Virus record (IMG/VR): IMGVR_UViG_3300004463_000262 | Location: 1-64,000 of that record | Direction: 5' to 3' (one strand) | DNA: 64,000 nucleotides | Source: a virus | In this document: positions 62,288-64,000 of the stretch, piece by piece | Layout: each line of letters opens with the position of its first letter | How positions within the stretch are numbered: position 1 is the first letter of the stretch | Program-made: the position numbers and the translations under genes | Notes under the pieces: model-generated | What the model saw: only the letters and a program-made list of their open reading frames with translations | The model's database searches: none | Told to the model about the DNA's origin: nothing

Positions 62288-62961
62288 GAGAAGAGATCAA
62301 AGTGTTGGATCACGGCTTTGTCCGTCTAGATGAAGCTATGGCTTCTGATCTTAGCGTTGCGAATTCTGCTCGTGTGTCCTTTGGTGCTCGCCATACTGAG
62401 ATGGAAGAAGGAGATGACAAGTTGATCGTCTACCTGATGCGTGAGCGACATGGTACGCCGTTCGAGCACAATGCATTTCGCTTCCACGTCAAGGCTCCAA
62501 TTTTCATCTTCCGTGAATGGCAACGACATCGCATTGGTAGCTTCAATGAACTCAGCGGTCGCTACAAGCAATTCCTCAATCCAGATTTCTACATCCCAGA
62601 AGATTTCCGCTCTCAAACAGGTAAACCAGGAGCGTATACCTTTGAGAAGTGGACTGGAAACACCAAGCTGGCACAGCATACTATGTTGAATCACTTCAAA
62701 GATTGCTATGATCTGTACCTCTGGTACATGGAATCGGGCATGGCTAAAGAACAGGCCAGGATTGTGCTGCCGCTCTCAATGTATTCTGAGATGTTTTGGA
62801 CAGTGAATGCTCGTTCACTGATGAACTTTCTCTCATTGCGTAATTCGGATCAGGCGATGTGGGAGATTCAGCAATATGCTATGATTGTAGAGGAACTATT
62901 TGCTGAAGAGATGCCTATAACGCATGCGGCATTTGTGGAACAAGAAAGGATTGCACCGTGA
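62281..62961 (+). CDS. thyX: Flavin-dependent thymidylate synthase
   Basis: ARVSF, HGTPFEH, REWQRHRIGSFNELSGRY, KEQARIVLP, NARSLMNFLSLR, AMWEI. Confidence 0.95.
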   Translation: MVGEEIKVLDHGFVRLDEAMASDLSVANSARVSFGARHTEMEEGDDKLIVYLMRERHGTPFEHNAFRFHVKAPIFIFREWQRHRIGSFNELSGRYKQFLNPDFYIPEDFRSQTGKPGAYTFEKWTGNTKLAQHTMLNHFKDCYDLYLWYMESGMAKEQARIVLPLSMYSEMFWTVNARSLMNFLSLRNSDQAMWEIQQYAMIVEELFAEEMPITHAAFVEQERIAP

Positions 62962-63305
62962 ACATAATGAGGAATGCTCGTTTCTTGAAGATATATATCA
63001 GTGTTTGGTATGCCTTTAGTTTAGGACTTCTTGTTTGGGAGACATGGCGTCATGAGATCACGCTTTCTGTAATTCAGGCTCTTGTATTAATTGTTGCATC
63101 TGTTCTGCTTGGTCATGCATGGTGGCCAAGGAAAGAGGTTGAGATGCATACGCTAAGAGTCCCTATGCCTCCTGAGTATCCTGCTGACAAGGATAGCCAT
63201 AATTATAAGATGGGTTACGAGGATGGCAAGGCTGATGCTCAATCATTGGAGAAGGTGCCAGTGGGTACGCCGTTTGATTGGGATGATATGGGGCCATATC
63301 CATGA
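62958..63305 (+). CDS. Membrane protein with C-terminal YKMGYEDGKAD motif
   Basis: Two hydrophobic segments followed by half of the RMF-like family motif. Confidence 0.55.
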   Translation: MNIMRNARFLKIYISVWYAFSLGLLVWETWRHEITLSVIQALVLIVASVLLGHAWWPRKEVEMHTLRVPMPPEYPADKDSHNYKMGYEDGKADAQSLEKVPVGTPFDWDDMGPYP

Positions 63306-63862
63306 TCGGTAGCCTAACTGTTATCACAGGCCCAATGTATTCGGGGAAAAGCGAGGAACTGATCCGTCTGCTTCGTCGTGCCGCGATTGGTGGCAAGACA
63401 ACTATTCTGCTTCGACCTAACATTGATGATCGTTATAGCAAGAAGGATCTCGTATCTCATGCTGGTATCTCACACAAGGCCCATTCGATCAAGCCCACGG
63501 CTGATGAGATTTGGGTGGCTGGAACACATTTTGATGTGATCGGTATTGATGAGGTTCAGTTCTTTGAGAATCAGGATTGGACAATAGAGTCCACCATAGA
63601 TTTTCTGATAGACAGTGGGAAAGAGATTATCGTCTCTGGACTCGATATGACGTATCGAAAAGAACCATTTGGGCATATGCCAAATCTTCTAGCTATGGCA
63701 GATAGGGTGTTTAAACTGGATGCTGTATGTCATAGATGCAAGGGAGTAGCTACATTGACACAGAGACTAGTCAATGGTAAACCTGCGCCTCATTCTGGCC
63801 CAACAATTCAGATAGGAGGGGAAGAGAGCTATGAAGCCCGATGCCGCGAATGTTTCGAATGA
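63302..63862 (+). CDS. tdk: Thymidine kinase
   Basis: GPMYSGKSEELIR, IGIDEVQFF, GLD, CHRC...GGEESYEARCREC. Confidence 0.95.
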   Translation: MIGSLTVITGPMYSGKSEELIRLLRRAAIGGKTTILLRPNIDDRYSKKDLVSHAGISHKAHSIKPTADEIWVAGTHFDVIGIDEVQFFENQDWTIESTIDFLIDSGKEIIVSGLDMTYRKEPFGHMPNLLAMADRVFKLDAVCHRCKGVATLTQRLVNGKPAPHSGPTIQIGGEESYEARCRECFE

Positions 63863-64000
63863 CCCTATTGAACGTCGTTTGAATGAGATAGAGGAAGTGC
63901 TAGTCAGTCTGTCCGGTAGAGATCTTGTCTATTTCTGTGGCTATTGGGACGCATTCGCGAAGATTCAGAACTCCAAGTTTCCCAAACCAGATGAAGAAGA
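63831..64000 (+). CDS. Partial ORF, probable RMF-like family member
   Basis: Hand translation ...LVYFCGYWDAF...; GGAGGGG RBS; runs off the window. Confidence 0.4.
   Translation, partial: MKPDAANVSNDPIERRLNEIEEVLVSLSGRDLVYFCGYWDAFAKIQNSKFPKPDEE

Noticed and set aside
1-64000. CRISPR array
   Set aside because: No regularly spaced direct repeats; the Cas4-like nuclease sits in a recombination module typical of phages

Overview
A 64 kb segment of a large tailed dsDNA phage genome. No host housekeeping context and no rRNA operon are visible. An actinobacterial host is inferred only, from leaderless-looking genes, an Rpf/SLT-like secreted enzyme and the replication gene set. Layout: virion/tail genes, an SNF2-like helicase and lysis candidates (1-8.6 kb); a ~19 kb translation island (8.6-27.4 kb); replication, recombination and nucleotide metabolism genes (class II RNR, DnaC, DnaB, primase, SSB, RNase HI, DnaE, RecA, RuvC, GuaB-like, ThyX, TK); and packaging/head genes (terminase, portal). 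The island holds IF-1, ribosomal protein uS12, about 45 tRNA or tRNA-like genes with anticodons for all 20 amino acids and no encoded CCA, tmRNA, a sigma factor, RtcB and five HNH genes or remnants that end inside tRNAs. It also holds many structured non-coding spacers. The most striking are a near-verbatim copy of the 23S rRNA L11-binding (GTPase-associated centre) domain split by a ~164-nt insertion, tandem covarying kink-turn modules resembling the L10 binding site, a circularly permuted tRNA-like RNA and a ~410-nt ornate RNA. An expanded family of small RMF-like proteins is scattered across the window. Together these suggest a phage system that supplies, mimics and remodels ribosome parts. 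All calls were made by eye without database searches; RNA boundaries are approximate to a few nt.
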